This document shows, piece by piece, positions 1 through 13,106 of a stretch of 64,000 nt of DNA. The position numbers were made by a program, and so were the translations under genes. Within the stretch, counting starts at the first letter, position 1; the number at the start of each line of letters is the position of its first letter. Under the pieces are notes generated by a model that saw nothing but the letters and a program-made list of their open reading frames with translations, was not told the origin of the DNA and searched no databases. This stretch comes from Basidiobolus meristosporus CBS 931.73. Lineage: Eukaryota > Fungi > Basidiobolomycota. Location: the NCBI GenBank assembly GCA_002104905.1, contig MCFE01000188.1, forward strand, positions 73,537 to 137,536, given 5' to 3'.

Positions 1-1745
1 AGCCAGGGAAGCATACAAGAAAAAATGCAGTTCTTGCCAATTAATGCCATTGTGGTAGGGTAAACATACCTCCCACAGACAAGTTTATTCATATAGCTAT
101 TATGATGCACTTGTCCATATTTATCTTATCAGTATTATTCCATCCTTCTTTTGGCCTTGTTATTAGTGTTATTCCTATATGATGCTTACCCTCATTAGTT
201 ATTAGCATTAGTTATCCCAGACATTATTCAGCTTTGTGATTAGTATATGTATCTACACTAGACAAGTACCTGTGTTAGTACCCGTGACACATGAGCCAAG
301 TCTGTGTTACCAGCCCTGCCATCTCAATACTATATATGGTGTCTCTATGTTGCACAGGTCTCAGACTACTGATCCTTGATTGGTTGGATGTGCTGTGCCT
401 TTGAGAACCTTCCTGGACCTTCTTGGCGTATTTTTAGGTCATGGTGATGTCATCAAAAATATCACCAAGGCCTGGAATTTCCTAGAACCTTGTCATTAGT
501 AATCACATGGCGTTAAGGAAAAGTATTTAAGGGAAGTCAATCCCTCATCAATAAATCATCCCTTCTATCAGTAACACTTTCCCCTTATTGATTAGCAGCA
601 GATCACTGCACCTACCTTTGACAGTTACACCTCAGATTTGCCATCAAGGAGCTTTTCGGGGTGGCTCACAAGACACACAGAAACCTTTGGAGACACTTGC
701 AGCATCTAGGAAGCTAGAGAAGCAGGAGCTTTTACCATAGTGACATATTGACAAAGACACTAGCAGTTTAGACATAGAGGTTATTGCACCCATCAGACAC
801 CTCACACACCTTGAGTTGTGTAGCTTCTCCCAGGAGTACCTCTACACCACTACACCATAAGCGCAGAACAGACTGAGTCCCATCATAGCCACAAAGAATT
901 ACCAACAAGAAAACAGCTGTTTTCACAAGAGCTGGAAGTGCAGCCAGTTGAGCTACACTCCAGCAAGGTGGATCAGTTTGCAGAGAAAGGCAATTTGTCT
1001 ACCACAGCCTCCATATCCTCCATGGTTGACAGAGTGGAGATCCCACTGACAAACAAGGCTATAATGTCAAGAACACAAAAAACTATCACAATGCCTTCAG
1101 TGGTATTTTGGAACATAAATAGGCACACCAAGAGGTTGCAGCACTTTTTCAATAGCAATGCTCAAGAAAATGCCCTTGAATATTGCAAGGATTTATTGTA
1201 AAAACTGGCAGATGAGGTGCTAGACCTTGCAGTGCTGGCTGAAGACCAGGACATGTGGGAACTAGTGAATGAACAGTGGCATAAAGCCATTGGGTTCCCT
1301 CCAAAATTGTGGAAACAGAGCATCACAGCAGAAATACTTACTGAGTGGTGGACCTTAATGGAGTTACTTGTTGAGTGTGGGGTGAGGCTTAATGTTAGTG
1401 TAGGGTATAAGGACTTGCAAAGGATAGTACAATTGGCAATTGAGCTTCAACTGAAGTCTCAATGGAAATAAATCAATTTGTAAGCATGAAAAGTAAGAGA
1501 AATGGTTGAGACTGGAAGTAAGGAGTGTGAAAAAGAGGCAATAGCCAATCAATGTACACAAATATAGGAGGTGATTGAGTGTCTGGGATCAGAAAGTGAG
1601 CAAATTGGTGGGGAACCAATCAAATGCTACTTATATATTGTTGTGATGAAAATTTTTGACCAAGTTTTTTGTGCAATCTTGGGTGCAATTATTTTTCAAC
1701 AGTTTCTGCACAGTGTCCCAATGCAATCAGTACCTCTAAGTCATG
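1..1745 (+). mobile_element. CMC/CACTA-family remnant: 3' part of ORF2 plus subterminal region, interrupted by a solo LTR at 51-854
   Basis: 1-50 and 859-1474 align with ORF2 of the complete copy (14500-15161), e.g. QPVELHSSKVD..NALEYCKDLL..EQWHKAIGF. 1474-1745 matches 15161-15440. Confidence 0.8.
51..854 (+). mobile_element. Solo LTR (~800-bp family), 4-bp TSD CCAT
   Basis: TGTGGTAG...CCACTACA termini. CCAT at 47-50 and 855-858. Removing it restores ORF2 continuity. Second copy at 52326-53128. Confidence 0.85.
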
Positions 1746-1749
1746 AATA

Positions 1750-2240
1750 CTCACCTAACTTGGTCACTTAGATCATTACCTACCAACTCTAGAGAATACT
1801 GACCAAATCACCTGTTGAGATTTAATTGGTATAATGACATCAAAACACTAGGTACCCAGAACATGAAAATTCTCAAGGTTGTCCAAGTAGCCCCAAGTCT
1901 TGCATACATGCACTGAGACATTTCTAAACATGTCTTAAGTGTTTGCTATGTCAAGACAATATAAAGTATCAATCCCACTATTACATTGAATAAATCACTA
2001 GGTGAGAACAAAATAATCTACTTGTTTTCCCAAGTGCTTCCAATACATCCAAGACTGTCACAACAAGTTATGAGCCCTAAGGTGTCACTCTCTGCTTTGC
2101 CTACTACTGTTGTCAATGGAATTTTTCCTCTGCTGAAAGATTGAATTGATCTAACTGCCAAGTGTGGAAGGTGAAGAAGAAGATGCTTCTAAAAGAAAGA
2201 GGCCTTTGGGATATTGTCATGGGAGAAAAATGCCCTCCAT
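1750..2240 (+). mobile_element. Copia-A remnant: 5'-truncated LTR, PBS and start of gag
   Basis: Homologous to 5150-5640. Degenerate PBS AGTTATGAGCCC and gag start (CQVWKVKKKMLL..RGLWDIV). Confidence 0.8.
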
Positions 2241-2686
2241 TCAATGCCAATGTGCTGGCACATGTCAATCCAATCTATGCCAACATCCTTCATAAGAGCA
2301 CCACACACAGGGTCAATGCAAATAGCTCAGAGTAGCACTACAGGTGTTAGCCAAACTGCTCAATTGGACACCAATCTACCAGAGTTTGCCAAGTTATGCT
2401 CACCTGTAGCATCAAATTGGACTCAGCTAAGGGTCATGCTAACATGTCATGTTGCACCAGCATGTGCCATTACACCTGACCAACAGCAAGTTACCTCTGG
2501 TGAACAGACTGAAGAAGACCCACTGGAAGTACCTCCACCACCGGAGTCCTTGACAAGTAAAAGAATGTGTCAGTACATGTTACTCCATGCTGTTCTGTAA
2601 CATCATCAGGTGCAATTCAGTACAGCCAAGCTACAGCACTGCACTTGTTGGCCAGGAGGCAAATACTGACTACAAGTTCACAAGTA

Positions 2687-4580
2687 CCACATGAAAAATT
2701 ATTGTAATGATTCCATCAACAGGCCATCACTAGTTCTAAGTCCAATGACTAAGAGGCGTTGATTCCATCAGGACACCATGCAAAGACTGTCAAAAAATAA
2801 ATGCACCCTAGATATCATAAAAGACTTGGTCAAAATTTTTCATCACAACAATACAAAAGTGGCTTTTGATTGGCTCTCTGGTAGTTTTCTTACTTTCTGA
2901 TCACAGACACTCCATCACCTCCTATGATTGTGTACATTGATTGGCTGTTGCCTCTTTTTCACACTCCTTACTGCCAGACTCAACCATTTTTCTTACTTTT
3001 CATGCTTACAAATTGATTTATTACTGTTGAAACTTCAGTTGTGCCTCAATTCCCAGTTATATTGACTTATACAAGTCCCTGTACCCTACACTCAACTAGT
3101 AACTCCATTAAAATTCACCACTCAATATGTATTTCTGCTGTAACACTCTGTTTCCGCAACTTTAACAGGAACCCTATGGCTTTATGCCATGGTTCATTCA
3201 CTGGTTCCCATATGTCCAGGTTTTTAGATGTCACTGCAAGGTCTGGCTCCTCATTTGCCAGTCTTTGCAATAAGTCCTTGCAATATTCAAATGTGTTTTC
3301 TTGAGCACTGCTCTTGAATATGTGCTGCAACCTCATAGTGTGGCTATTAATGTTCCAAAGCTCCACCAACAGCATTGCAATAACCTTTTGAGCTTCTGAC
3401 CTTGCTACCTTGTCTGTCAGTAGGATCTCCACTCTATTAAAAATGCATGATGTGGAGTCTGTGTTAAGCAAATTGACTTTCTCTGCAAACTCATCTACCT
3501 CACCAGAGTGTAGCTCAACTGGCTGCACTTCCAGCTCTTGTGAAAACATCTATTTTCTTGATGGTAATTCTTCTTGGCCATGATGCAATTCAGTCTGTTC
3601 TGGGTTTACAGCATTAATTGACAGCAACTGCAGCTTTTTTCTGATGCTTCTCTGTCTCTTGCCTAGGTAGACTTTTCCCCTTTACCTTTTCCTTGATTAC
3701 TGACAGGTCTTTCACTGCTACTATGTCTAAGTGCTTCTTTTATTGAACTGTCTTTTCTCCTTGATAAATGCTGCTTTTATGTATCTGTTTGGCCTGCTTG
3801 TCACTTGCTGGCACTCAGTGGGCAACCTGATGCTTCTTTCCCACTGGTTTCAAGTTCTCAGCCCATGATGTGATGAGCTCCTGAGGTAGCCTCTTTTTTT
3901 TTATCAATGACAGGTCCTTCACTGCTACATTGGCTGAGTGCTTTTTGAGTAGAACTACACCTTTTCATTGGGAAATGATGTGCAGGTGCATCTATGTCTG
4001 CCTGCATTTCCCTTATTGGCACTGTTCCAGCTACCTCATGCCTCTTTGTTGTTTCTTTGGAGCTTTTGTCTCACTCCCATGCTGTGATAGGTTTTTCTGT
4101 GGGCTTTATCTTTGAGCACTGTTGCTTTGCTTCAAAGACTGTATGGTGTTCCTTGGCTGTTACATTTGGAAATGGCTCAATTCTTAGCTGTGACATTGAG
4201 ATACTTGAGTGTCTTCTTTGCAGCACAGATACTGCTTTCTCCACCTGGGATATTGATTGCCCTATACCTTTTATCTGCTCATCCTGTTACTGGACTATTT
4301 ACGGATTTCTCCAGGCCATTGCATCTCTCCTATCTGCCAGTGAACCTAGTTGCCTCATTAGTTCTTTGGTACAAGCTGACATCACACTTCCTAATACAGG
4401 TGGTGGTGATTTTATGACTGCCACTTGCTGGTCTTCAACTAAAGGTACTGCTTTTGCTACATTCTAATCTGCCTCAGTAATAAATTCAGCTAACAGCTCT
4501 GAAGAGATTCCCAACTGCCTACTTGACTGAGAGCCTGAGGATTCCACATTAATCCCTTCAGTCTCTACATTGTAGAACAG
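2687..4580 (-). mobile_element. CMC-family remnant: ORF2-side terminus plus decayed ORF2
   Basis: TIR-like CCACATGAAAAATTAT at 2687. ORF 3115-3549 and 3994-4500 are reverse-complement homologues of ORF2. Confidence 0.75.
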
Positions 4581-5013
4581 ACTCCACACTAATCAGAATA
4601 CAATATAACATATCCCAAAGTAGTAACTGAGTTCTCCTGGATTGGACATCTTGAGCACCTTAGAAGGACTGGATATAGGCTCTTCCAAGGATTTTTGATT
4701 ATTGGTGGCTTTAATAAGAATATCTACTCAGAGTGCTAATAGAGCTGCATTTGCTCTCTTTAGCATATAGTTAAAGCTAGAGTCAGCAGTACTACTTTGC
4801 AAGCTCAAAGATTCCAAATAAGAATCCATCTTAGAACTCAAAGCTCTTGGCAATTGTTTGAGACCATGAAGAGATTTGTAAAGCATACAGACTAAGTGGG
4901 GTTATCTTGGGCAACAAACCCACCAGGCTGGTCCAGGTACACATCATCACTTGTGTTCCCCATTCAAAATTGAAGCTTTTACATCCATTTGATGAGTAAA
5001 ACACCAATTTTTA
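4580..5013 (-). pseudogene. Old Copia-A RT fragment (left flank of the CMC insertion)
   Basis: Minus strand reads ..FTHQMDVKAS..LYGLKQ.., homologous to 8180-8600. Joins 15499 in frame once the CMC element and TSD are removed. Confidence 0.8.
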
Positions 5014-5029
5014 CCCTATGAAAAATAAT
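5014..5029 (+). repeat. Left TIR of CMC copy A
   Basis: CCCTATGAAAAATAAT; 13-bp perfect inverted match to 15486-15498. Confidence 0.85.
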
Positions 5030-5468
5030 TTGGTCCTGCAGGTGGATCCAATCCAAATCAGCCATCAAGATCCAGTTTAGAGACTGTCATAATAACAGCA
5101 GCTTGGATTTAGTGGCCCTTGATGTAAAAATTTGTATTTCCACCTAAATATTCACCTAGCTTAGTCACTTAGATCATCACCTTCAAATCCTAGAGAATAC
5201 TGACCAAATTCCTTGTTGGTATTTACTTGGAATATTTTCACCAAAATACCAGGTACCCAGAACATGAAAATTCTCAAAGTTGTCCAAACAGCCCCAAACT
5301 TTGCACACATGTTCTTGGGACCTTCTGTATTCTATTCTATGTGTTTGCAATGCCAAGACCAGGTAAAAGTATAAATACTACTTTTACATTCAATAAATCA
5401 TTAAATGAAAACCACATAATCTATTTGTTCTCCAAATCCCTTCCAATATCTCCAAGACTCTTACAACA

Positions 5469-5480
5469 GGTTATGAGCCC
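5469..5480 (+). other. Copia-type primer binding site GGTTATGAGCCC
   Basis: Immediately after the 5' LTR. Same motif after Copia-B LTRs (36080, 47422, and 34037 on -). Confidence 0.85.
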
Positions 5481-8400
5481 CAAGCTGTCACTCTCTGGAA
5501 TGTCTGCTACTGCTATTACTGGAATTTTTCCCTCTGCTGAAAAGTTGGATGGATCTAACTACCAAGTGTGGAAGGTGAAGATGAAGATGCTGCTACAAGA
5601 AAGAGGCCTTTGGGATTTTGTCATGGGAGAAGAATGCCCTCCTAAAAACGTGGGAGAGGAAGCCTTAAAGTACCAGAAGAAAGAACAAAGTGCCTTTAAC
5701 TGCATTTGCCTTAATGTCAAGGACAAATTGCTGATTCAATGCTCAAGAGCAAAAACGGCAAAAAATGTCAGGAAAGCATTGGAAGACACCTACCAGTCAT
5801 GTTCAGCTGCCAAGAGAATGTATCTGAGACAAAAATTTTTTACTACAAAGATGCTGCCAGGAGAAGAAATGAAAAATCTATTTAACAGAATTACCCTGCT
5901 GATAGATGAGATGGAATCTGTGGGCGTACCAACTACTGATGAGGATGTGATAGTTACCATCCTGAATTGCCTGACAGACAAGTTTCAGGGCCTTGTATCA
6001 GCCCTAGAGTCCAGAACTGAAGATTTGACCTTAAATTACGTATATGGAAGGCTCCTGGATGAAGAATTAAGAAAATCAAGCGCCAATAAGAAGGAAGAAG
6101 AAAATGCTTTAATAAGCAATGGTAACCAACAAAGGAGGTACCCAAGACCCTACAAAGGCAACAGCAACCTATTTTGCAACTACTGCAAAAGGAAAGGACA
6201 CACATCAAACCGGTGTTTCAAAAAGAAAGATTATCAGCAAAAGAAGCCTGAATATGGAAATGCTGCAACAATTGAAGATAGACTATTCATATCTGCACTA
6301 AATATGACCACAAACAAGGATTCTCAGACGTGGTATATTGACTCTGGAGCTTCTCAACACTTTACACACCAAAAAGAACTTTTTACCCAATATCAAGAAA
6401 TTCCAATTAAGAAGGTTTTCATGGGTGACAATAGAACACTTGATGCAGTGGGAGAAGGAACTATCCAAGTAAACCTTAGAAGCAGTGAAGGAAGACATAC
6501 ACTGACCTTTAAAGAAGTACTCTATGTGCCAGAAATAGCCAAGAACCTACTCTCTGTAAGCAAGGCCACAGCAGAAGGACTCAGTTTCAGTTTTGACAAT
6601 TCTGGATGCAGGATCACTGATCAAAATGGTGCCCATATTGCTTCAAGCATCAGAGATCAGAATCTATACAAGTTGACTTATATTCCATCATATCTGGAAG
6701 CCAATTTAAGTAACTTAAATGAAGAAACACCAATGCTTTGGCACAGGAGATTTGGACACATCAATTTTGATTATTTGCGCAAAATGATCAAAGATCAGCT
6801 AGTTTCTGGAGTGAAAATTGATCCCCCTGCTAATTTGGAGCACTGTGAAGCCTGCATATATGGGAAACAAGCCAGACAATTGTTCAAGAGCTCTGGGCTA
6901 ATCAAAACTAAGAAAAATTAGATCTAATTCACTCAGATCTGTGTGGACCTATGCAAAATTTATCCTTAGGCAGGATGAAGTATTTAATCACTTTTATTGA
7001 TGATCATACAAGATACACATGGGTCTACTTCATGGAGAGAAAGGAAGAAGCTCTGTCTAAGCTCAGGGAGTTTAAAGCCATGGTGGAGAGGGAAACTGGT
7101 GAAAAAATCAAGAAAATACGCTCTGACAATGGTGGAGAATACACCTCAAAACTCTTCATCCACTTCTGCAAAATTTGTGGGATAAAGCAAGAGACTACTG
7201 TACCATACTCCCCACAGCAAAATGGTGTAGCAGAAAAAGCTAACAGATCAATAATTGATATGGCAAGATCTATGATCCATGATCAATAATTATCCTATAA
7301 TTTTGGGCGGAATCAGTTGCCACTGCTGTATACCTTAAAAATAGGAGTTATAACAGAACACTTTGTGATTCTACTCCATTTGAGGCATGGTATGGATACA
7401 GACCAAGTGCAGAACATCTAAGAATATTTGGGTGTACAGCATATGCCAAAAAACTGGCCGGAAATCAGTCAAAATTTGAGCCAAAAAGTGTAAAATGCAT
7501 ATTTGTGGGCTACTGCAATGAGAGTAAGGCATACAGACTCTACAATACAAAGCAAAGACGCTGATCAAGTCCAGGGACGTGTTGTTTGATGAAAATTCAA
7601 AATTTTCACAAAAAATGACATCAGATGATGACGAAAATTTGATCTCAAGTCCACCAATTGTCAGGATTGAACCAGAGCAAAACAATGAAGATTTTTTCAC
7701 TCCAGAGGACTATACAACCGTGGTTCAGCCAGAATCAGTGCCCAGGAATATCCTAGAAGTGATCATTCCAGTATCAAATGCCCGGAGATCTAATTGGACA
7801 AGAAATAGCCCAAATTACTATATAAATGAGGGTACAAACTTAGCCTATGCCTATTCAGCCCATATTGATGAGCCCCAGACTGTCAAAGAGGCCCTAAATA
7901 GCCCTCAGACAAAGTTTTGGAGATCTGCAATGACTGAGGAATATCAAGCCCTGATGGAAAATCAAACTTGGGACTTAGTCAAATTACCAATCAGCCAAAA
8001 ATCAATTGGATGCAGATGGGTCTTCAAGACAAAATACAAGGCTGATGGTACAATTGAAAGATACAAAGCAAGACTTGTAGCCAAAGGATACTCTCAAACA
8101 AAAGGACTTGACTATACTGAGACCTTTGCACCGGTAGCCAAGTTTAATTCCATTAGATTAATATTGGCTATTGCAGCCAAATATAAGTTTTTTATTCATC
8201 AAATGGATGTAAAAGCTGCATTTTTGAATGGAGAACTTGATGAGGACGTGTATATGGACCAGCCTGATGGGTTTGTTGACCAAGATAACCCCCATTTGGT
8301 CTGCAAGCTTAAAAAGTCACTATATGGTCTCAAACAATCACCGAGAGCCTGGAATTGCAAGATAGATTCTTATTTGGAATCCTTGAGTTTCAAAAGAAGT

Positions 8401-9441
8401 AATGCTGACTATAGTATATACTATAAGCCAGATAGAGCAAATCCAGTGCTATTAGCTCTATATGTGGATGATCTTATTATAGCCGCCAATAACCTAGAAA
8501 CATTGGAACAAACTAAATCCAGCCTATCTAAGGAGTTCAAGATGTCTGATTTAGGAGAACTTAGTTACTACTTAGGGATTAAGTTCACCATAGACAGAAG
8601 TACCCAGACTATTGCCCTAAGTCAATCCAAGTATATTCAAGATATACTATAGAAGTACAAAATGGAAGACTGTAAACCGACAGCTACCCCAATGGAGACA
8701 AACCTTAACTTGGTCAAAACTCAACCAAATCAAGAGAGCTTGGTGCCATTTGAAAGCCCTGACTTTCCTTATCAATCTATGGTCGGCAGTCTGATGTATA
8801 TCATGCTTGGAACACGTCCAGATATCTCATATTCAGTGGGAGTTGTCAGCCAACATAATCAGAATTATGGATCTGATCATATTGCAGCAGTTAAGCGGAT
8901 TTTTAGATACCTAAAAGGAACTGCTGATATCTGCTTAAAATACACTTATAAGGATTCAGAACAGGATCTTGTGGGATACTCTGATGCTGATTGGGGACAA
9001 AATTTGGAAGACAGAAGAACCACCATGGGATACACCTTTCTTTACTGTAAAGGAGCAATTTCATGGAATTCAAGAAAGCAACCAACCATAGCACTTTCCA
9101 CCACAGAGGCAGAGTATATGGCAGCCTGTGAAGCTACAAAAGAAGCAATGTGGTTAAGAAAGCTGTTTACAGATTTAGGTCTATGCCAAAAAACTCCTAT
9201 TACTTTATTTCAAGATAATCAAGGATGTATACAATTAGGTAGAAATCCAACTTTTCATGCTAGAACCAAGCACATAGATATTAGACATCATTTCATATGT
9301 GAAGCTATAGAGAATAACTTAGTTAGCTTAGTTTACTGTCCTACAGATGAAATGTTTGCAGACATATTTGCCAAACCATTAGCTAGAGACAAGTTTGAAT
9401 ATCTTAGGTCAAAATTAGGACTAGTCAGTATGAACATTTAG
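5473..9441 (+). pseudogene. gag-pol: Copia-A gag-pol (gag, Zn knuckle, PR, IN, RT, RNase H), interrupted
   Basis: Motifs CNYCKRKGHTSNRC, WYIDSGAS, WHRRFGH, FIDDHTR, SDNGGEY, QNGVAEK, YKARLVAKG, HQMDVK, YVDD, YSDADW, RTKHIDIRHHF. Broken by 1-nt deletions near 6915, 7303 and 7560 and stops at 7287 and 8650. Confidence 0.95.
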
Positions 9442-10049
9442 CTGAGTGGGAGTGATGTAAAAACTTGTATTTCCACCTAAATATTCACCTAACTTAGTCA
9501 CTTAGATCATCACCGTCAAATCCTAGAAAATGCTGACCAAATTCCTTGTTGGGATTTACTTAGAATATTTTCACCAAAATACCAGGTACCCAGAACATGA
9601 AAATTCTCAAAGTTGTCCAAACAGCCCCAAACTTTGCACACTTGTTCTTGGGACCTTCTGTATCCTATTCTACGTATTTGCAATGCCAAGTCCAGGTAAA
9701 AGTATAAATACTACTTTTACATTCAATAAATCATTAAGTGAAAACCACATAATCAACTTGTTCTCCAAATCACTTCCAATATCTCCAAGACTCGTACAAC
9801 AGCCCTCCTAACAAGCTTATAAGAAGATCATGACAGTGTATTGCTAATTTTACAGCCAAATAAAGGGATAATGCTTGACAATAGTTTATTGGTGCTATAA
9901 CAATATTTGCATGGTATTGTTGTGGTCTTTTAGCGCTTGGTAATTATTTTAAGTAAATCCAGTTGGCCAGGATGTCCAATTGCCTTATATGGCAAGAAAC
10001 ATGACAGTATTTTGACAGCCTCACAGCAAGACTCTTATGGCATTGTATT

Positions 10050-12870
10050 GGCAGTATGACAGCCTACCACTGGTTCTGTATAATGCTACCATACCAATTT
10101 ACCAAATGGCATTTCCTTTTTCTACCTCCCCTTGTGCAATTCATATATTCCACTGTAGAATCACCTTTCTTTATTTGCCTACCCACTACTACCTTGTGTA
10201 ACTACATATAGTTCAAATCAAAAAAAACTATGGCCTCCTGCTTACTAACCTCTATAAACGTGCACACCTGCTGCAATTGACATACTTCTATCACCTCAAC
10301 TTTACGGCTTTTTAGTGTGATACTTGCAAAGTTGCCATTTACCTTGTACTGCTGGTAGCATATACATCTTGCAAACATATGCTTGGTTGTTGCCACTTCT
10401 GTCATGAATACCTCCTGAATATCCACAAAGCACTTCTTGGTATTTAGCCAATATATTCCTTCTCCCTGCTGAATTCTAATCACCCTTATAGGAGCGCTCT
10501 GGCTTTTGTTTGTTTGAATTCTGTATTGAATGGTATAGATGTTGGCTTGTGACCATGAGAAATCTGGCATATCTTGGTGGAGTTTTACTAATAAAATTAG
10601 TTGCTTGTTGCACCTAACCCAACTTTCCATTACTTAACTGATTACCCACACATTGGGGCTACTTAGCTTCTGAATGCCATAGGCATAGATGTCTCCATAG
10701 GCACATTTGTCCTCAGTATTTTCCAACTCTTTCTGGCTGTCCTCCATGTGCCAACTTATCATGTCCATGGTGGACTTGAAGGCAATATTCTTGATGGGAT
10801 TGGAATATGGTAGTATCTGCAACTTGACTCATCTTCCTATCTCCCCACACATCTGTTCCAAAGGAAACTCCCAAGAGGTGAAGCAAGGCCCAATATTCTC
10901 TACACACCATGCAAGATGGAGTAGAGAATGGATACAGTAGTGTCAGAGATCTACATGTTCAGCTTTATGTTTGTAGTATAGCCGCTCAAATCCTGTTACA
11001 AACTCCTCACACAACAGCTGTGGATGCACCAAGTTGGCATTGGTGATCCGCTTCTGGATAAATATTCCTACAATGTCCACATATGACTCCCAATGCTTCC
11101 AATGTACTCTTGGTAGAAATGGTCCAGAACACCACTTGAATATATACATATCCAGTTCATGCAGTCTTTGCATTTGTATTGTTGCATATGCGCATGAATA
11201 TTAATTAGAGCCTGTGAGAAGTACTTAGGGTAGCGGATACTCTGTAATATCTTGCCAACTCTTTCAAATTTCTCCGGTATCTCCAAGGGCTCATTTAGCT
11301 TGAAATGCCCCATGTACAACTTGGTCATCAGTATAAGGATATTGTTGAAAAGTAAATGCATTGCCCCAGTGGAAAGCTTTTGCACCAACAGATACCCTCT
11401 ATCTTAAGTATCTCTGGCTTCCAATTGATTCCATATTCTGGCCAATAGCTTAAAGCTTGCCAATGTTGCTGCAATTGCATGCTTACTTCTGTATGTTCTC
11501 TCTGGGGAAAGATGATGTATTTGGTGCTGGTGTTTAGATAATAATAATGTGTGTGAGTTATAGATTAAGTCCCTTGGATCTCACACATTTGACAGCAAAA
11601 CCATCCATTGTGCCTGGAAAACCTGCTATCTTGCTGATGGCTGGGGTATCTCCAATGCAGATAATAATATGTGCTTTTACATGATGGCCATTTACCATTA
11701 TCCTGCTGGAAAGCATACAAAGTACATCCAGCAACGGATACAGGTAGCTATCCAGGTTCACCGGTGATTTAGGCCCAAATACCAGTGAAACTACCATCAG
11801 ATTATTGCTCTGATACTGTAAGATGGGTGGCAGATTCAGATTGATGAGAATCAGTGGCCAGCAGGATTTGCTGGCAGAGTACTTGTTCAATTGGAATCCA
11901 TCAAGTGCTAAAGCAAAGGCATGGTCATACATACCTTCATAGTAGCCCTTGCTTCTTAGCTGTTTGTGATGTTTGCCATCAAGTATACTGAATATGTTTG
12001 CATATATTGGATCAGTTTGAGCTTGGTTGATACTGAGCGTGGTACAGTATAGCTTTGCAATATTTGTCAGACTGCATCAGCTTCCCTAGATGGGGTATGA
12101 CCAGAATATATCCGTAGTGTGTACAATGTTTTCCCTCAATGGTGGTGGATTTCTGACAATTTGGACATGTTGCAATGGTAGCATTTTTGGATGTGAATGC
12201 CATGTAACTGTTAACACATGCTGGAATCAGGACAGTCTCTGGATCACATGGTGCCAGCCACATGACAGCTGTCCACTTGTACCATGTACATGGTAAGTTG
12301 CATCCTGGAATGATTTTGGCAAGAAGTAGTAATATATCCTCAAAGCCCCCATTACTGATATTAGTGGAAACACACCACTTCTCTAGCTACAACATTACAT
12401 CATTCACCAGTAGATGGATTACTGGGCTCACTTGGCTCCATAAAGTATCCTTGGCATTTGTTTCAACGGGTGTTGTCTCATTGCATGTAGGGATTTGACT
12501 GGGCTCATTTGTGGTACTGTAGTTAGAGGAGATAGGCTCAAAATATATCAGTGAACCTTCTTTGTCAGAGCTATCACTCTGTGTGCCATATTCAGAAGAC
12601 CAAAATGATCCTAAAGGCATCCCAAACTCACCTGACTCAGTTTGCACAAGGTGACAAAGACAGCCAGGTGCCAATACAGAAGTATCAACTGGCCGGCAAG
12701 ATAATGTTGGTACAGTAGTGACCAATGAATGGTTGAATATGACTTGGGTGGCAAAACATTGACCGTAATCCTTGTAATACTTCATATGCTGTCTGCATGC
12801 TTCATGGCTGAGAGGCTTGCCACAATAGCCACATGGTCTTTTTTCTCTTCTCTTATGGTGTTGAGTCAAA
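10050..12870 (-). pseudogene. Tnp2/CACTA-like DDE transposase, fragmented
   Basis: N-terminal CGYC..H and CxNxxMAF..CPNC motifs. LALDGFQL..WPLILINLNLPP (11902), GDTPAISKIAGF (11640), MHLLFNNI (11355) and GPCFTSWEFPLEQMCG (10850; FPMERMCG in the 53350 copy) are typical of Transposase_21/DUF4218-type CACTA transposases. Confidence 0.85.
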
Positions 12871-13106
12871 GTAGTCTTATCCTTGGGGCAAACAGCTTGA
12901 CCTTCAACAACATAACACTATTATAGCACTTTTTGGTCAATGCTCATGTGAACTTAAGACAGTCTTGTATTTGAGACATTGCACCTACATGAATGTAAGA
13001 TTCAATGATGACCTGCCAGAGCAAGGATTATAAATAAAGTTGTGTCACCACATATACATGTATATGTAACACTATTTCCCCTTTGGTTTAACTCACTTCC
13101 ATATAT

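Larger units (their letters stand above)
5120..9801 (+). mobile_element. Full-length Ty1/Copia LTR retrotransposon (Copia-A), decayed
   Basis: 349-bp LTRs at 5120-5468 and 9453-9801 (about 17 differences by hand, ~5%). TG..CA ends, TSD GCCCT (5115-5119, 9802-9806), PBS 5469-5480, PPT GAGTGGGAG 9444-9452. Confidence 0.97.

Noticed and set aside
2214-2600. 128-aa ORF as a real gene
   Set aside because: It begins inside a Copia gag remnant, has no recognisable motif and has no second copy in the window.
5227-5472. N-terminal 80 aa of the 564-aa ORF
   Set aside because: It lies within the 5' LTR and the same peptide appears at 9530 in the 3' LTR. It is a fortuitous open frame.
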